A DNA stretch of 64,000 nt from Candidatus Saccharimonadota bacterium (GTDB taxonomy: Bacteria; Patescibacteriota; Saccharimonadia; Saccharimonadales; Saccharimonadaceae). The translations under genes and the position numbers were made by a program. Position 1 is the first letter of the stretch, and every line of letters begins with the position of its first letter. The stretch lies in contig JAFOJO010000024.1 in assembly GCA_017421325.1 (NCBI GenBank), forward strand, positions 27,005 through 91,004. Reading direction: 5' to 3'. The notes beneath the pieces were generated by a model. That model made no database searches and had not been told where the DNA came from. It worked only from the letters and a program-made list of their open reading frames with translations. This document shows positions 39,108 to 48,881 of the stretch, piece by piece.

Positions 39108-42100
39108 ATGGAACAAGTCATACATTTTATTTTAATGCCTATCTTCTGGATTCCGGTGGTGGGGATACTGGCGTTTTTGACGTACCGGAATTATAAGAAG
39201 TTAAACACCCTGAAGGTGTTGAATGTAGATTCGGTGCTATTGATGCTAGAAATTCCGCGCACCAATGATAAAAAAGAGCTGGCGGCAGAGCAGTTGTTCG
39301 CTAGTTTGCATGGTATTTTAAGAGATAAGAATGAATTAAAGAACAGTGGTGGGGTGCAAGAGCATTTGTCGTTTGAAATTGTATCTACGGCGGGACAGAT
39401 ACGGTTCTATGTATGGGTGCCGAAGGTACTACAAAGTTTTGTAGAAGGGCAGATTTATTCGCAATACCCAACCGTGCAAATCTATAAGATGAATGAAGAT
39501 TATGCAGATGACCGCACTAAATATCCGGTGAATTATTCAGCGGAACTGGGACTGATAGAGAATGAAGCTTTGCCGATTAAGACCTTTGACAACTTTGAAG
39601 TAGATCCCTTGGCCGGGATTACCGGGACTTTGGCAAAGTTAAACCCAGACAACTCTGAGGAGATGTGGATCCAGATATTGGCGCGTCCAATCCCGGATGA
39701 CTGGCATAAAAATACCACCGATAAGTGGGTGCGACAGATAAAGTCTGGCAAAAAATCACTGTTTGCCAGCACTGGCATAGACTGGACTTGGCTAGCCGAG
39801 GCGATTGGGGCACTGTTTCGCCCACCGGCAGGGGGCACGGGATCTGACGTAAAGATAGAATTGTCCGAGCGTGATAAAAATCGCATCGCCAAAGCCGAAG
39901 AAAAAGCTACCAAGCTAGGATATGAAGTGAAAATTCGCCTGGCGTACTTGGGGCAAAACCAAACCGATGCCAAGCTAAATATGCAGGCTTTGGTGGGGAC
40001 CTTTAAGCAATATAATTCTACAAACTTGAATGGGTTTAAGCAGGTGGGCGGCTCGTTCAACCCGAGCGACCTAGATGCGTATAAAATGCGGCAGTTTTCT
40101 AGTCGCGGGTTTATCTTGAATATTTCCGAGCTGGCTAGCGTGTATCATTTGCCGCATACTTCGGTAGAAACCCCGAACATTGTTTGGGCTACATCCAAAA
40201 CAGCTGAACCGCCGGCAAAATTACCAGTACTAACTGGCGAGGTTTCTAATGACGAAAATATTTCAGCCTTTGGGCTAACTAATTTCCGAGGAATCAATCA
40301 TCAGTTTGGTCTGTTGCGTCGCGATAGATCGCGCCATGTATATATTATTGGGCAAACAGGAGCAGGGAAAAGCGGGATGCTGGAACTCTTGGCACTTTCC
40401 GATATTTTCTACAATCAAGGGTATTGTATTATTGACCCGCACGGAGATTTTGCGATAGATAACCTAAGATTTGTGCCAGAAAGCCGTGTGAAGGATGTGG
40501 TATATTTCAACCCGGCGGATACGGCATTTCCGGTGGCGTTTAACCCGCTAGAGATTACCGACCCCGCTCGCAAACCCAATATATGTTCTGAAGTGATAGG
40601 TGTGCTAAAGCGAATGTTTGGTGACTCTTGGGGGCCAAGGCTAGAGCATATTTTACGTTATACTTTATTGGCTTTGTTAGATAGGCCAGAAGCTACATTA
40701 CTAGACATTTCTAGATTATTAACTGATAAGGAATTTCGTAAAGAAACTTTGGAATATTGCAAAGATGTTACAGTGTTACAATTCTGGAAACACGAGTTTG
40801 GGCAATGGAATGAAAAACAAGTAAATGAGTCCATCGCGCCAGTACTTAATAAGGTGGGGGCCTTTACCGCTAACCCGATTATTCGTAATATTATTGGGCA
40901 GCCGAAATCTTCGTTTGATATTCGTAAGATTATGGATGAAGGGAAGATATTAGTAGTGAATCTTTCTAAGGGGTTAATCGGGGAAGATAATGCGGGGATT
41001 TTGGGTTCTTTCTTAGTTACTAAAGTGCAATTAGCGGCGATGTCGCGCTCTGATATACCAGATGTAGCAGATCGGCGGCCGTTTTATTTGTACGTAGATG
41101 AGTTCCAGAACTTTGCTACAGATTCCTTTTCAGTGATTCTTTCTGAGGCACGTAAGTACGGCTTGAATTTGACCGTGGCAAACCAATACGTGGCCCAAAT
41201 GACCGACAGCGTGCGTGATGCGGTATTTGGCAACGTGGGCACCACTATTAGCTTCCGCGTATCCGCCGACGATGCACCAATACTGGTAAAGCAATTTGAG
41301 CCAACTTTTGAAGAAGGCGACATCATCCAGCTGAACAACCGGCACTTTGTGATTTCAATGATTATTAACGGTGAGAAGGTGCCAGCGTTCTCGGCTACTA
41401 CCCTTTCTATCCCAGATACGCCAAAGGATAACTTTGATGCGATTGTTGCGCATTCACGCGAAAATTACGCCCGTCCACGGATGGAAGTAGAGGCCGAAAT
41501 TCGTGAGACGATCGAACAATCTGAAAAATACAAGAAGGATTTATCCGACTCTGGTCGGCAAGAAGAGCCACGTCTGGTAATAAATAGCGCCGAGCAGCCA
41601 GTATTTAAGCCGGTGACGCGTGAGAAAAAAGAGTTTTCTACTTCTATTCGTACTAACGGCCCAAGTTTCTCATCCGAACAAAAACCGAACTTAAAATATC
41701 GGTCTACGTACCAGCCCACACCGCAGGCGGATTTCCGGCGTCAAAATTTAAGCCCAAATACCGCTGAAGGTAAAGAAAGGCTGGGCTTGAAGGATTTGGC
41801 AAAGTTAGCGGCAGACAGACAGGGAAATAACGAGGCCGCTAAACCCGTAGAGACTACGAAGCCCGCAAAAAAGGGAAAAGTAAATAGTAAAAACCAGCGG
41901 CGGAACAATAAAAAGGGAAAGAAACGCCAGGCAGTTCCCACTGTTAAGCCTACTAAGAATGCTAGTGCTACCCCTGTAAGACCAGAGGTGGAATATCAGG
42001 AAAAATCTACCGTAGATATTCATCCATCTCATAATTCTCTACCCCTGTCTACCCCTGTTAAACGGACAGAAGATTTCGCTGGAAAAGATAATTCGGTAGA

Positions 42101-42125
42101 TGGGTTCTTGTCTATAAAACATTAG
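39108..42125 (+). CDS. TraD/VirD4-like (T4SS coupling protein family) ATPase with N-terminal membrane anchor
   Basis: Walker A GQTGAGKS, IIDPHGD, YVDEFQNF, SEARKYGL; disordered C-tail. Confidence 0.8.
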   Translation: MEQVIHFILMPIFWIPVVGILAFLTYRNYKKLNTLKVLNVDSVLLMLEIPRTNDKKELAAEQLFASLHGILRDKNELKNSGGVQEHLSFEIVSTAGQIRFYVWVPKVLQSFVEGQIYSQYPTVQIYKMNEDYADDRTKYPVNYSAELGLIENEALPIKTFDNFEVDPLAGITGTLAKLNPDNSEEMWIQILARPIPDDWHKNTTDKWVRQIKSGKKSLFASTGIDWTWLAEAIGALFRPPAGGTGSDVKIELSERDKNRIAKAEEKATKLGYEVKIRLAYLGQNQTDAKLNMQALVGTFKQYNSTNLNGFKQVGGSFNPSDLDAYKMRQFSSRGFILNISELASVYHLPHTSVETPNIVWATSKTAEPPAKLPVLTGEVSNDENISAFGLTNFRGINHQFGLLRRDRSRHVYIIGQTGAGKSGMLELLALSDIFYNQGYCIIDPHGDFAIDNLRFVPESRVKDVVYFNPADTAFPVAFNPLEITDPARKPNICSEVIGVLKRMFGDSWGPRLEHILRYTLLALLDRPEATLLDISRLLTDKEFRKETLEYCKDVTVLQFWKHEFGQWNEKQVNESIAPVLNKVGAFTANPIIRNIIGQPKSSFDIRKIMDEGKILVVNLSKGLIGEDNAGILGSFLVTKVQLAAMSRSDIPDVADRRPFYLYVDEFQNFATDSFSVILSEARKYGLNLTVANQYVAQMTDSVRDAVFGNVGTTISFRVSADDAPILVKQFEPTFEEGDIIQLNNRHFVISMIINGEKVPAFSATTLSIPDTPKDNFDAIVAHSRENYARPRMEVEAEIRETIEQSEKYKKDLSDSGRQEEPRLVINSAEQPVFKPVTREKKEFSTSIRTNGPSFSSEQKPNLKYRSTYQPTPQADFRRQNLSPNTAEGKERLGLKDLAKLAADRQGNNEAAKPVETTKPAKKGKVNSKNQRRNNKKGKKRQAVPTVKPTKNASATPVRPEVEYQEKSTVDIHPSHNSLPLSTPVKRTEDFAGKDNSVDGFLSIKH

Positions 42126-42131
42126 GAAAGG

Positions 42132-42310
42132 GAATTTAAAACCCATTTTTCTTCTGCGCCTACGCTGCACGCCGGGAAGAATTTTTCTAAATTTTTTCAC
42201 GAAAAATCGCTCGTCTCACGCCGGATAAGGGTTCGCTCGTCGATTTTTCTAAAATTTAGAAAAATTTTCTCGGGTTTGCTTTATGCAGAAGAAAAATAAG
42301 TTTTAAATTC
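42132..42310. repeat. 179-bp nested palindrome
   Basis: Perfect stems of 11, 13, 16 and 9 bp nested in order. Confidence 0.75.
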
Positions 42311-42540
42311 ACAAATATCAGCTTGTCGTGCGAGCAAACTGCAAAAATCCATGATGACCGGCTACATTGTCAATCATCATTTCAATATAGTTTTAATGTC
42401 GTACAATACAGATTTTAAGACATTACGGTTATGGTTTTTAGACGGTTAAGTTATCGTCTTTTGCAGGTAAGTTTTTCCTGGCGGGCGGGAATTACGACTA
42501 AAATCGTTTTTCGACTAGCTGTAGTCCTTATTTTAGCTAC

Positions 42541-42780
42541 AGTCATAATTCCTATTTCAGGAGCCGGACTTGGCAGTTGATAATTTCTGCAAAATCCGGC
42601 AGACGCTCGCGTCTTACTCGTCGACTGCAGTATTTTCTATATAGAGACTCAACCTGGGGCCCAATATAATGCAATGATTTTTACAAAAATTCTCAGGTTG
42701 GACGCTCACGTAACTGGGATTTTGCAGAAATTACAACGGGCCAAATCAATTTTTATGCTCCTGAAATAGGAATTATGACT
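42541..42780. mobile_element. 240-bp MITE-like element with 24-bp perfect TIR
   Basis: AGTCATAATTCCTATTTCAGGAGC (42541-64) and its reverse complement (42757-80); inner 17-bp perfect IR. Confidence 0.7.
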
Positions 42781-43150
42781 ATAAAAAGCCTTCTAGCTTG
42801 GTGCATTTAGGCTAATTTTATAGGTTTTGGTGGATTTTTCGGGTTTTTGGGCGAATTTGGGCTAAATTTGCGAATTTGACAATTCCCTTGGTTTATTTCC
42901 CTTTTTTATGATTTTCCCTGTTTTTGGTCGGGGCGTTGGTATTATTCGTTATTTTGATTACCATTTTTGCCGAACAAAAACCGAACAGGAATAGGAAATT
43001 ATAGAATTGCAGGTACTAGAACAAAACCCGAACACTTCCCTATTATTTGCACTATTGCTTTTATTAAGGATGTGTGCTATAATGAGGTTATATTCCGATG
43101 CGGGCAATTCGAACGGAGAGATACCCAAGAAGAACCCGTTTTTTTGTTGG

Positions 43151-43652
43151 CTATTTTAGATAGGCGATTTTTTTCTTTACACCTACATTATCTAGAAAAT
43201 CTACATATTTTGGTGTATAGGTTCTGTATAATGAAGAGGTAGAATGACGATTAGGCGACAATAATTTGCAAAAACGGTTTTTATTCACTAAATATTGTAC
43301 CATTTTGAAATAGTCCCCGTCACCAGATACCAATACTACATCATCGAAAGGTTCGTTATCAGCGATTTTGGACATAATGGAAAACACTATATCGGTATCC
43401 ACATTTCCCTTTTTCTTTCCGGTCATTACTTGGCTGTGCTCACGGAATACAAGGATGAAACCTGCCGTTTGGATGAGTTCGTATAAGGCTCTGGTTTGCC
43501 TCATCTACAGCCCCTAGAAAATAATAGGCCTTAGTAACCTTATATTTGTCCCTTAAATAAATCCTGAACTTCTTAAGATCAACAATCCAATTGTTCGCCT
43601 TAGTGTTCATATATAGATTTTGTCCGTCTATAAAAGCATAATTATTTGTCAT
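43151..43652 (-). pseudogene. NYN (LabA/DUF88) nuclease-domain gene with single frameshift
   Basis: YAFIDGQNL in one frame; KGNVDTD and LVSGDGDY in another; join at AAC CAG A GCC TTA near 43489. Confidence 0.75.
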
Positions 43653-43744
43653 ATTTTATACATTATACCATACAGGTATTATTCTATGGTCCAGGAGGGA
43701 TGAGACAAAGGTCGATTGATGACTGCCCTAGGGGCAATTTAATC

Positions 43745-45394
43745 TTAGCGAGCTACGCAGCGTACAGACCTCCCGTAGTACCTGTAGTAGTTACTGGCTG
43801 GGTAGATATCAGTACCATTAAAGCCCAGGGAGTAAGCGTAAGTACTATTGCCAACCGTACTAGACCAGCAGCTGCTGCTGACACCGGGATTGACCAGGGT
43901 ACCGTCACTGACAGCGCCAGACCGCACAAAGTAGTAAGGATTAGAGCGTAGCTTGCTAAAACTAGTAACGCCACTGTAATAACCTACGGAGCCATCTCCA
44001 TTTGATAAAGCCGCGGTAATGCCTTCCCCATACAGCATCCTACCAAATTCGTTGTTAACGTTATCTGTTTGTGAGGCATTGGGTAGACGCCATCCTTTAG
44101 GACAGATAGAGTTAGAGGCGATTTCTCCTGCTGTGCTACCTATATTAGTAGAATTATTAGAAGCTATAGCGGCAGACCAGTTATAGTAGTTACCAGCATG
44201 ATAATGTTTACAATCTCCTTCTGTATGATTTGCTGCTATACACTCAGATAGTGAATTGTATTTTATATCATTTGCTTCGGAATTAGATGTATAGTAATAT
44301 ACATCACCTGGATCTGCAGAATATGGATAGTTATTTTGATTAGACCAACCAGGAACAGAAGTACCGTTTACTGGTAGGTTATATTTACCATTAGTGGTAT
44401 CTGGTTTCCATGTAGCATTACTATCAAAACTATCTGGATCCCAACCTAGATCCGTATCATTATGAGTGTAGGTTCTGGTGGCGTCTATCTCTAAGTCTAA
44501 GTTCTGCGTCATCCAGCAATGTCCATCTTTAAGCTTAGTTACCCAGTAGAGATTATTATCTCTAGTGTCTAATAATTGTGTGGCGGTACTTGTGCCGTCG
44601 TTAGCGACCATATTACAAATCCCCGCATCCATATCTTGCATAGCATAATATTCACCAACGCCAGCTATATTGATTTTATTTTTCCCGGATAAGGCAAAGG
44701 TATCCTCGATAGTTAAAGTGCCTTCATTTTTGTATGGATGAATTAGGGCATACTTCACCTGCCCCTGATAAGTACCTGCATACTGACTAGATGATGCATA
44801 TACAGCATAAGTAGTAGTAAAGGATGAACCCTCAGCCATGTCCGTAGTACCAGATGCTCTTCCTGCTACCTTAGTCCAATAAGGTGGTACTATACCATAG
44901 ACATTATTGTAATCACTTTCTATAGTAGGAGGAGTAGGAGAAGGATCATCTGGCATATTGTTTAACTTCATAGCCCATTGTGAGGTAAGACCACTTGTTG
45001 CTAATCCTGTGTCTATACTATATTGTGGATATTCAGTATTAATGAGTCTATTATTACCTTCTTCATTATTACTATATCCTACTGCATATACACTATACCC
45101 ATTACCATCATTACATAGTGTAGTAATGGTAGTTTTTCCTATATCTCCTAAATAGTTACCATTATATACTTCTGCATTATGAGAAATATTAACTACACTA
45201 GATAAAGTACATGATGATGAGATAGTAATAGCTAGATTGTCTGAACTAGAACCAGAGTTTGTAGCAGAACTATGAGGCAACGATAAGATAATGGTAGAAA
45301 TGATAACTAATGGAATACTAATGGCTAATATATTGCGGAAAGCATAGTAGAAGAAATCTGTATAACTATTTGTTTTATATTGTTTATCACCCAT
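43745..45394 (-). CDS. FISUMP-domain surface protein, paralog 3
   Basis: Closest to paralog 1 in N-domain and C-terminal domain. Confidence 0.75.
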   Translation of the reverse strand: MGDKQYKTNSYTDFFYYAFRNILAISIPLVIISTIILSLPHSSATNSGSSSDNLAITISSSCTLSSVVNISHNAEVYNGNYLGDIGKTTITTLCNDGNGYSVYAVGYSNNEEGNNRLINTEYPQYSIDTGLATSGLTSQWAMKLNNMPDDPSPTPPTIESDYNNVYGIVPPYWTKVAGRASGTTDMAEGSSFTTTYAVYASSSQYAGTYQGQVKYALIHPYKNEGTLTIEDTFALSGKNKINIAGVGEYYAMQDMDAGICNMVANDGTSTATQLLDTRDNNLYWVTKLKDGHCWMTQNLDLEIDATRTYTHNDTDLGWDPDSFDSNATWKPDTTNGKYNLPVNGTSVPGWSNQNNYPYSADPGDVYYYTSNSEANDIKYNSLSECIAANHTEGDCKHYHAGNYYNWSAAIASNNSTNIGSTAGEIASNSICPKGWRLPNASQTDNVNNEFGRMLYGEGITAALSNGDGSVGYYSGVTSFSKLRSNPYYFVRSGAVSDGTLVNPGVSSSCWSSTVGNSTYAYSLGFNGTDIYPASNYYRYYGRSVRCVAR

Positions 45395-45437
45395 TTTACC
45401 TCACCTATATAGTTTAGTTTTTTGATTAACCTACTAA

Positions 45438-45570
45438 TGCATAATTCATTAATGTTGAGGGACATAAAGGCAAAATCTATTGAAAGTAGATTTTGCCGCC
45501 GAAGGGGCGAAGTGATGTGATAAAATTTATTATCACATCACGAAGCTCCCGAAACATAATGAATTATGCA
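45438..45570. mobile_element. ~133-bp MITE-like element, copy B
   Basis: 13-bp perfect TIR TGCATAATTCATT; inverted homolog of 7954-8087. Confidence 0.7.
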
Positions 45571-45590
45571 AAAGTACATTTTAGCTTGTA

Positions 45591-45721
45591 GTGCCACTTG
45601 TAAACGGGGTAGTTATACAAAAATGGCACCGCAAGGGGTGCAATAACAAGTCATATACCAGGCTTATACCCATATAGAACTTAGTCCTTACGGCGCCGTT
45701 CATATCCTATATGGATATAAG
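45591..45721 (-). promoter_or_regulatory. Conserved structured 5' leader, copy 3
   Basis: Motif as in copy 1; TGCTATACT at 45770-45778 (minus). Confidence 0.7.
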
Positions 45722-45807
45722 TATCTAAAAAACGCACTGGTTTACTTTATAACTTGTTATTGCACTTTTAGTATAGCACAATTATTTTGCTTTGTGCGAA
45801 AAATTGG

Positions 45808-46473
45808 TTATTTCCAGTAGGCTTTGTGGGGGAGGCGGACGTCGATATACTCAAAATTAGTAATTCCCTGGCCGGCGAGATGGCGAAGAAGGCGGTCGGC
45901 ATCTTCTACCGAAACGGCGGTGCCGCGGTCGATAATCATTTTGATAAAGCCAGAATAGCCGTCTAAGTAGAAATCTACTTCACGGACAGCACCGGTGGGA
46001 AGAACGGCCCTAACCGGCTGATAGCCGAGGGCTTTAAAATCTGCTTCGGCCTGGCCGATATAATCTTTCATGCGGCTGGTGATTTTGCCGCTAGTGGCAG
46101 CGGCATCTTCGTCTACGATTTCAATGGTGGGTTGGTAGATGGACTCTGGCTCTACTACTACAGGCTGGTCTTCCCCACCCCGGAAGAAAACAAAATAAAC
46201 TACCACTAAAATAACGGCTAAAATAATAAAACCGAAGCTTACAAAAAATACACGAAAATGGCTTTTTCGCTTATCTTTTTGACGGGCGAGTTCGCGCTCG
46301 TTAGCGGTTTCGAGCTTTTCCCTTTGCTCGCCAATAGTACGGCCAGCTTTGATGGTAGAATGGCGGTTGGCGCTACGGCGCGCCAGAGTTGGTGGTGGTG
46401 AATCTTCACTAGAAAACGGGGCGCGTCCGTCCGGCACTGCTTTTTTGGATGATTTTTTCTTAATTAAACCCAC
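45808..46473 (-). CDS. FtsQ/DivIB-like membrane protein
   Basis: Basic N-tail, single TM, C-terminal YIDVRLPHKAYWK; last gene of the dcw cluster. Confidence 0.55.
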   Translation of the reverse strand: MGLIKKKSSKKAVPDGRAPFSSEDSPPPTLARRSANRHSTIKAGRTIGEQREKLETANERELARQKDKRKSHFRVFFVSFGFIILAVILVVVYFVFFRGGEDQPVVVEPESIYQPTIEIVDEDAAATSGKITSRMKDYIGQAEADFKALGYQPVRAVLPTGAVREVDFYLDGYSGFIKMIIDRGTAVSVEDADRLLRHLAGQGITNFEYIDVRLPHKAYWK

Positions 46474-46483
46474 CGTTATAATC

Positions 46484-47716
46484 CTATGCTTCCTCTAAAA
46501 TAATCTCGGCTAGGTGCTTCGCAGCGTCGGAACGGGCTTCTTCGGCGAGGCGGTCAGCCATATCGGCACGTAAGCGGGGAGATTTGACTAAGTGGTGAAT
46601 TTCTTCTAGTAATTTATCGGGGTTAGCCATCATATCGGCATCTTTTATAACGAGGGCGGCATTGGCCTGTTCTAATCTTTCGGCATTTTTAACCTGGTGC
46701 CCACCGGGTAGGCGCTCGAACGGCACTAGGATAGTGGCTTTTTTCAGCGCAGCCATTTCGGCGATGGTGGTGGCGCCAGCGCGCGAAACTACTACATCTG
46801 CAGCGCCCATGAGCTCGTTCATAGTGGTGTTGAATTCCCACATCCTAAAATTAGATTCTAAGCTGGCCTTTTCCCAGTTTTCGTACTTTTTAAGATCTAC
46901 CATGTTTTCGTAATGTTTGCGACCAGCCACTAAGCCGACGGAGGTGAATTTTAATAATTCTGACAAAATTTGACGGGTGGCCTCGTTGAGATTCTCAGAG
47001 CCTTGAGAGCCACCAGTAATAACTACTAGGGGTTTTTCGGGGTTAAAAGAAAATGCCTTTTTAAGGGAAAACTGTCTAGTGGGACTAACAGACTTAAACT
47101 CTGGACCAACTGGGATACCGGTCCATACGTAATTAGGATGTTTTTCTAATATTTCTTCAGATAAAGGCATACCAAAGGCGACTTTTTTAGCCTTACGCAT
47201 AAGTAAACGATTGGCTAGGCCAGCCACCACGTCGGACTCATGAATAACGTAAGGGATGCGGAAAAGCCTAGCAATTAGACCTACCGGCAAACAAACGTAG
47301 CCGCCTTTTAGAAAAATCACGTTAGGGCGGGAAGATTTTTTAAGTAAGCGGAAAAAAGCAGTAAGAATGCCGCCGACAAAACCAAGAAAGCCAACAATAT
47401 TACCGAAAACTAAATCTTTAAGAGTAACATTTAAATGTAGGAAGTAATCTTTAAATTTCCAGCCGGCATAGCGGTGAAATTTCCCTGCTGGGATGCGGCG
47501 CACGCGAATATACGGGCCTTTGCTACGAGCAGATTTAGCTTCTTCGCCCCAAGAAACGCCTATCTCAGTGGTGAGTTTGGTGACGTTTTTATAATATTTA
47601 AAATCGGTCCAAAATTCCACGCTGGTGCGGGGTTTTTGGCTTAAAATTTCACGAACTACGGCGACCGCTGGAGTGATGTGCCCCCCGGACCCCCCGCCGA
47701 CTACTAATATCTTCAT
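46484..47716 (-). CDS. murG: UDP-GlcNAc:lipid I transferase
   Basis: GGGSGGH, KGGYV, HESD, GGSQG, SRAGA, HQVKNA. Confidence 0.95.
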   Translation of the reverse strand: MKILVVGGGSGGHITPAVAVVREILSQKPRTSVEFWTDFKYYKNVTKLTTEIGVSWGEEAKSARSKGPYIRVRRIPAGKFHRYAGWKFKDYFLHLNVTLKDLVFGNIVGFLGFVGGILTAFFRLLKKSSRPNVIFLKGGYVCLPVGLIARLFRIPYVIHESDVVAGLANRLLMRKAKKVAFGMPLSEEILEKHPNYVWTGIPVGPEFKSVSPTRQFSLKKAFSFNPEKPLVVITGGSQGSENLNEATRQILSELLKFTSVGLVAGRKHYENMVDLKKYENWEKASLESNFRMWEFNTTMNELMGAADVVVSRAGATTIAEMAALKKATILVPFERLPGGHQVKNAERLEQANAALVIKDADMMANPDKLLEEIHHLVKSPRLRADMADRLAEEARSDAAKHLAEIILEEA

Positions 47717-48881
47717 TTCTAATTACCTCTCTACTAGTATAACACGAAAGTTGACAAACTTCACCAATAGCGAAGGTAATAAAGATCATACTAGTACCAC
47801 CATAAGAGAGCAGAGGCAAAGTAATGCCGGTAACTGGTACCAAGCTAGTCATAGCCATAATATTAACTACCACTTGAGCCAAAGTCCAAGAAAACACCCC
47901 GATAATAAGCAGGCGAGCGTCGAAATCGGCGGTACCCTCGGCGACCTTAAGCATGCGAAGTAGCATTACGCCAAAAATAGCAATAATAATGAACAGTCCA
48001 ACAAAGCCAAAAGTTTCGCCCATAATAGCAAAGACTGAGTCGTTGATAGATTCGGGCAAGTAGCCGGTAGCCTGGACAGAATTACCTACCCCTACACCAA
48101 ACATGCCGCCAGTGCCAATAGCCAGCATTGCGTTTTCTACGTGATAGGTAGAGTCGGTGCTTTCGCCACCAGTGAGAGTAGTGAGCCAGGCATCTACGCG
48201 CTGCATGCGATGAGAAGATGTAGCTACTGAACCAACCGCTACGGATAGTACTACGGCCAGCATAATAAGATATTGGCGAGCCGGCACGCCAGAAATCAGC
48301 AAAGTGCCAAAGATGATAGCGATGAGTGCCACGCCGGTGCCAAGGTCGCCCTGAGCGATAACTACTAGGAAAAGTGAAAGACCACAAACAATCAAAAGCG
48401 GCAACCAAAACTCGCGCCATTTACCAATGACGCCTTCTTCCCTTTTGCGAGAAAGAAAATCTGCGAGATAAAATACCATCGCGAGTTTGAGGAATTCGGC
48501 AGGCTGAAAACTGAGACCGCCAAAGTTAAACCAGCGGCATTCGCCAAGTTCACATTTAACGAGCGAGGAGTGGGCCATTGCTAACACCCAAAGCAAGCCG
48601 GACAAAATTAGCGCTACAATCATTAGGGGTTTAGCGAATTTCTTAACGTATTTATATGGTATCCACTTGAAGGCGGCAAAAAAGGCCAAGAGCGACAGAC
48701 CTACCGAACGCAACTGCCCGATAAAGAAAAAGTTGGAGTCGTAATCAGTACCATAAGTGTTATTTAAAACATTGGCGCGCATCGGACCGATGGCGTAGAT
48801 TACAATGAGGCCGAGCGCCATTAACCCTAGCGTGGCGAATAAAATTACAAGATCAGATTTATGCTTTCTGATGGTGGGCAT
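47649..48881 (-). CDS. ftsW: Peptidoglycan glycosyltransferase FtsW
   Basis: FQPAEFLK, QGDLGT, GGMFGVG.G.S, LPLLSYGGTS; TAATG overlap with mraY. Confidence 0.9.
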   Translation of the reverse strand: MPTIRKHKSDLVILFATLGLMALGLIVIYAIGPMRANVLNNTYGTDYDSNFFFIGQLRSVGLSLLAFFAAFKWIPYKYVKKFAKPLMIVALILSGLLWVLAMAHSSLVKCELGECRWFNFGGLSFQPAEFLKLAMVFYLADFLSRKREEGVIGKWREFWLPLLIVCGLSLFLVVIAQGDLGTGVALIAIIFGTLLISGVPARQYLIMLAVVLSVAVGSVATSSHRMQRVDAWLTTLTGGESTDSTYHVENAMLAIGTGGMFGVGVGNSVQATGYLPESINDSVFAIMGETFGFVGLFIIIAIFGVMLLRMLKVAEGTADFDARLLIIGVFSWTLAQVVVNIMAMTSLVPVTGITLPLLSYGGTSMIFITFAIGEVCQLSCYTSREVIRNEDISSRRGVRGAHHSSGRRSS

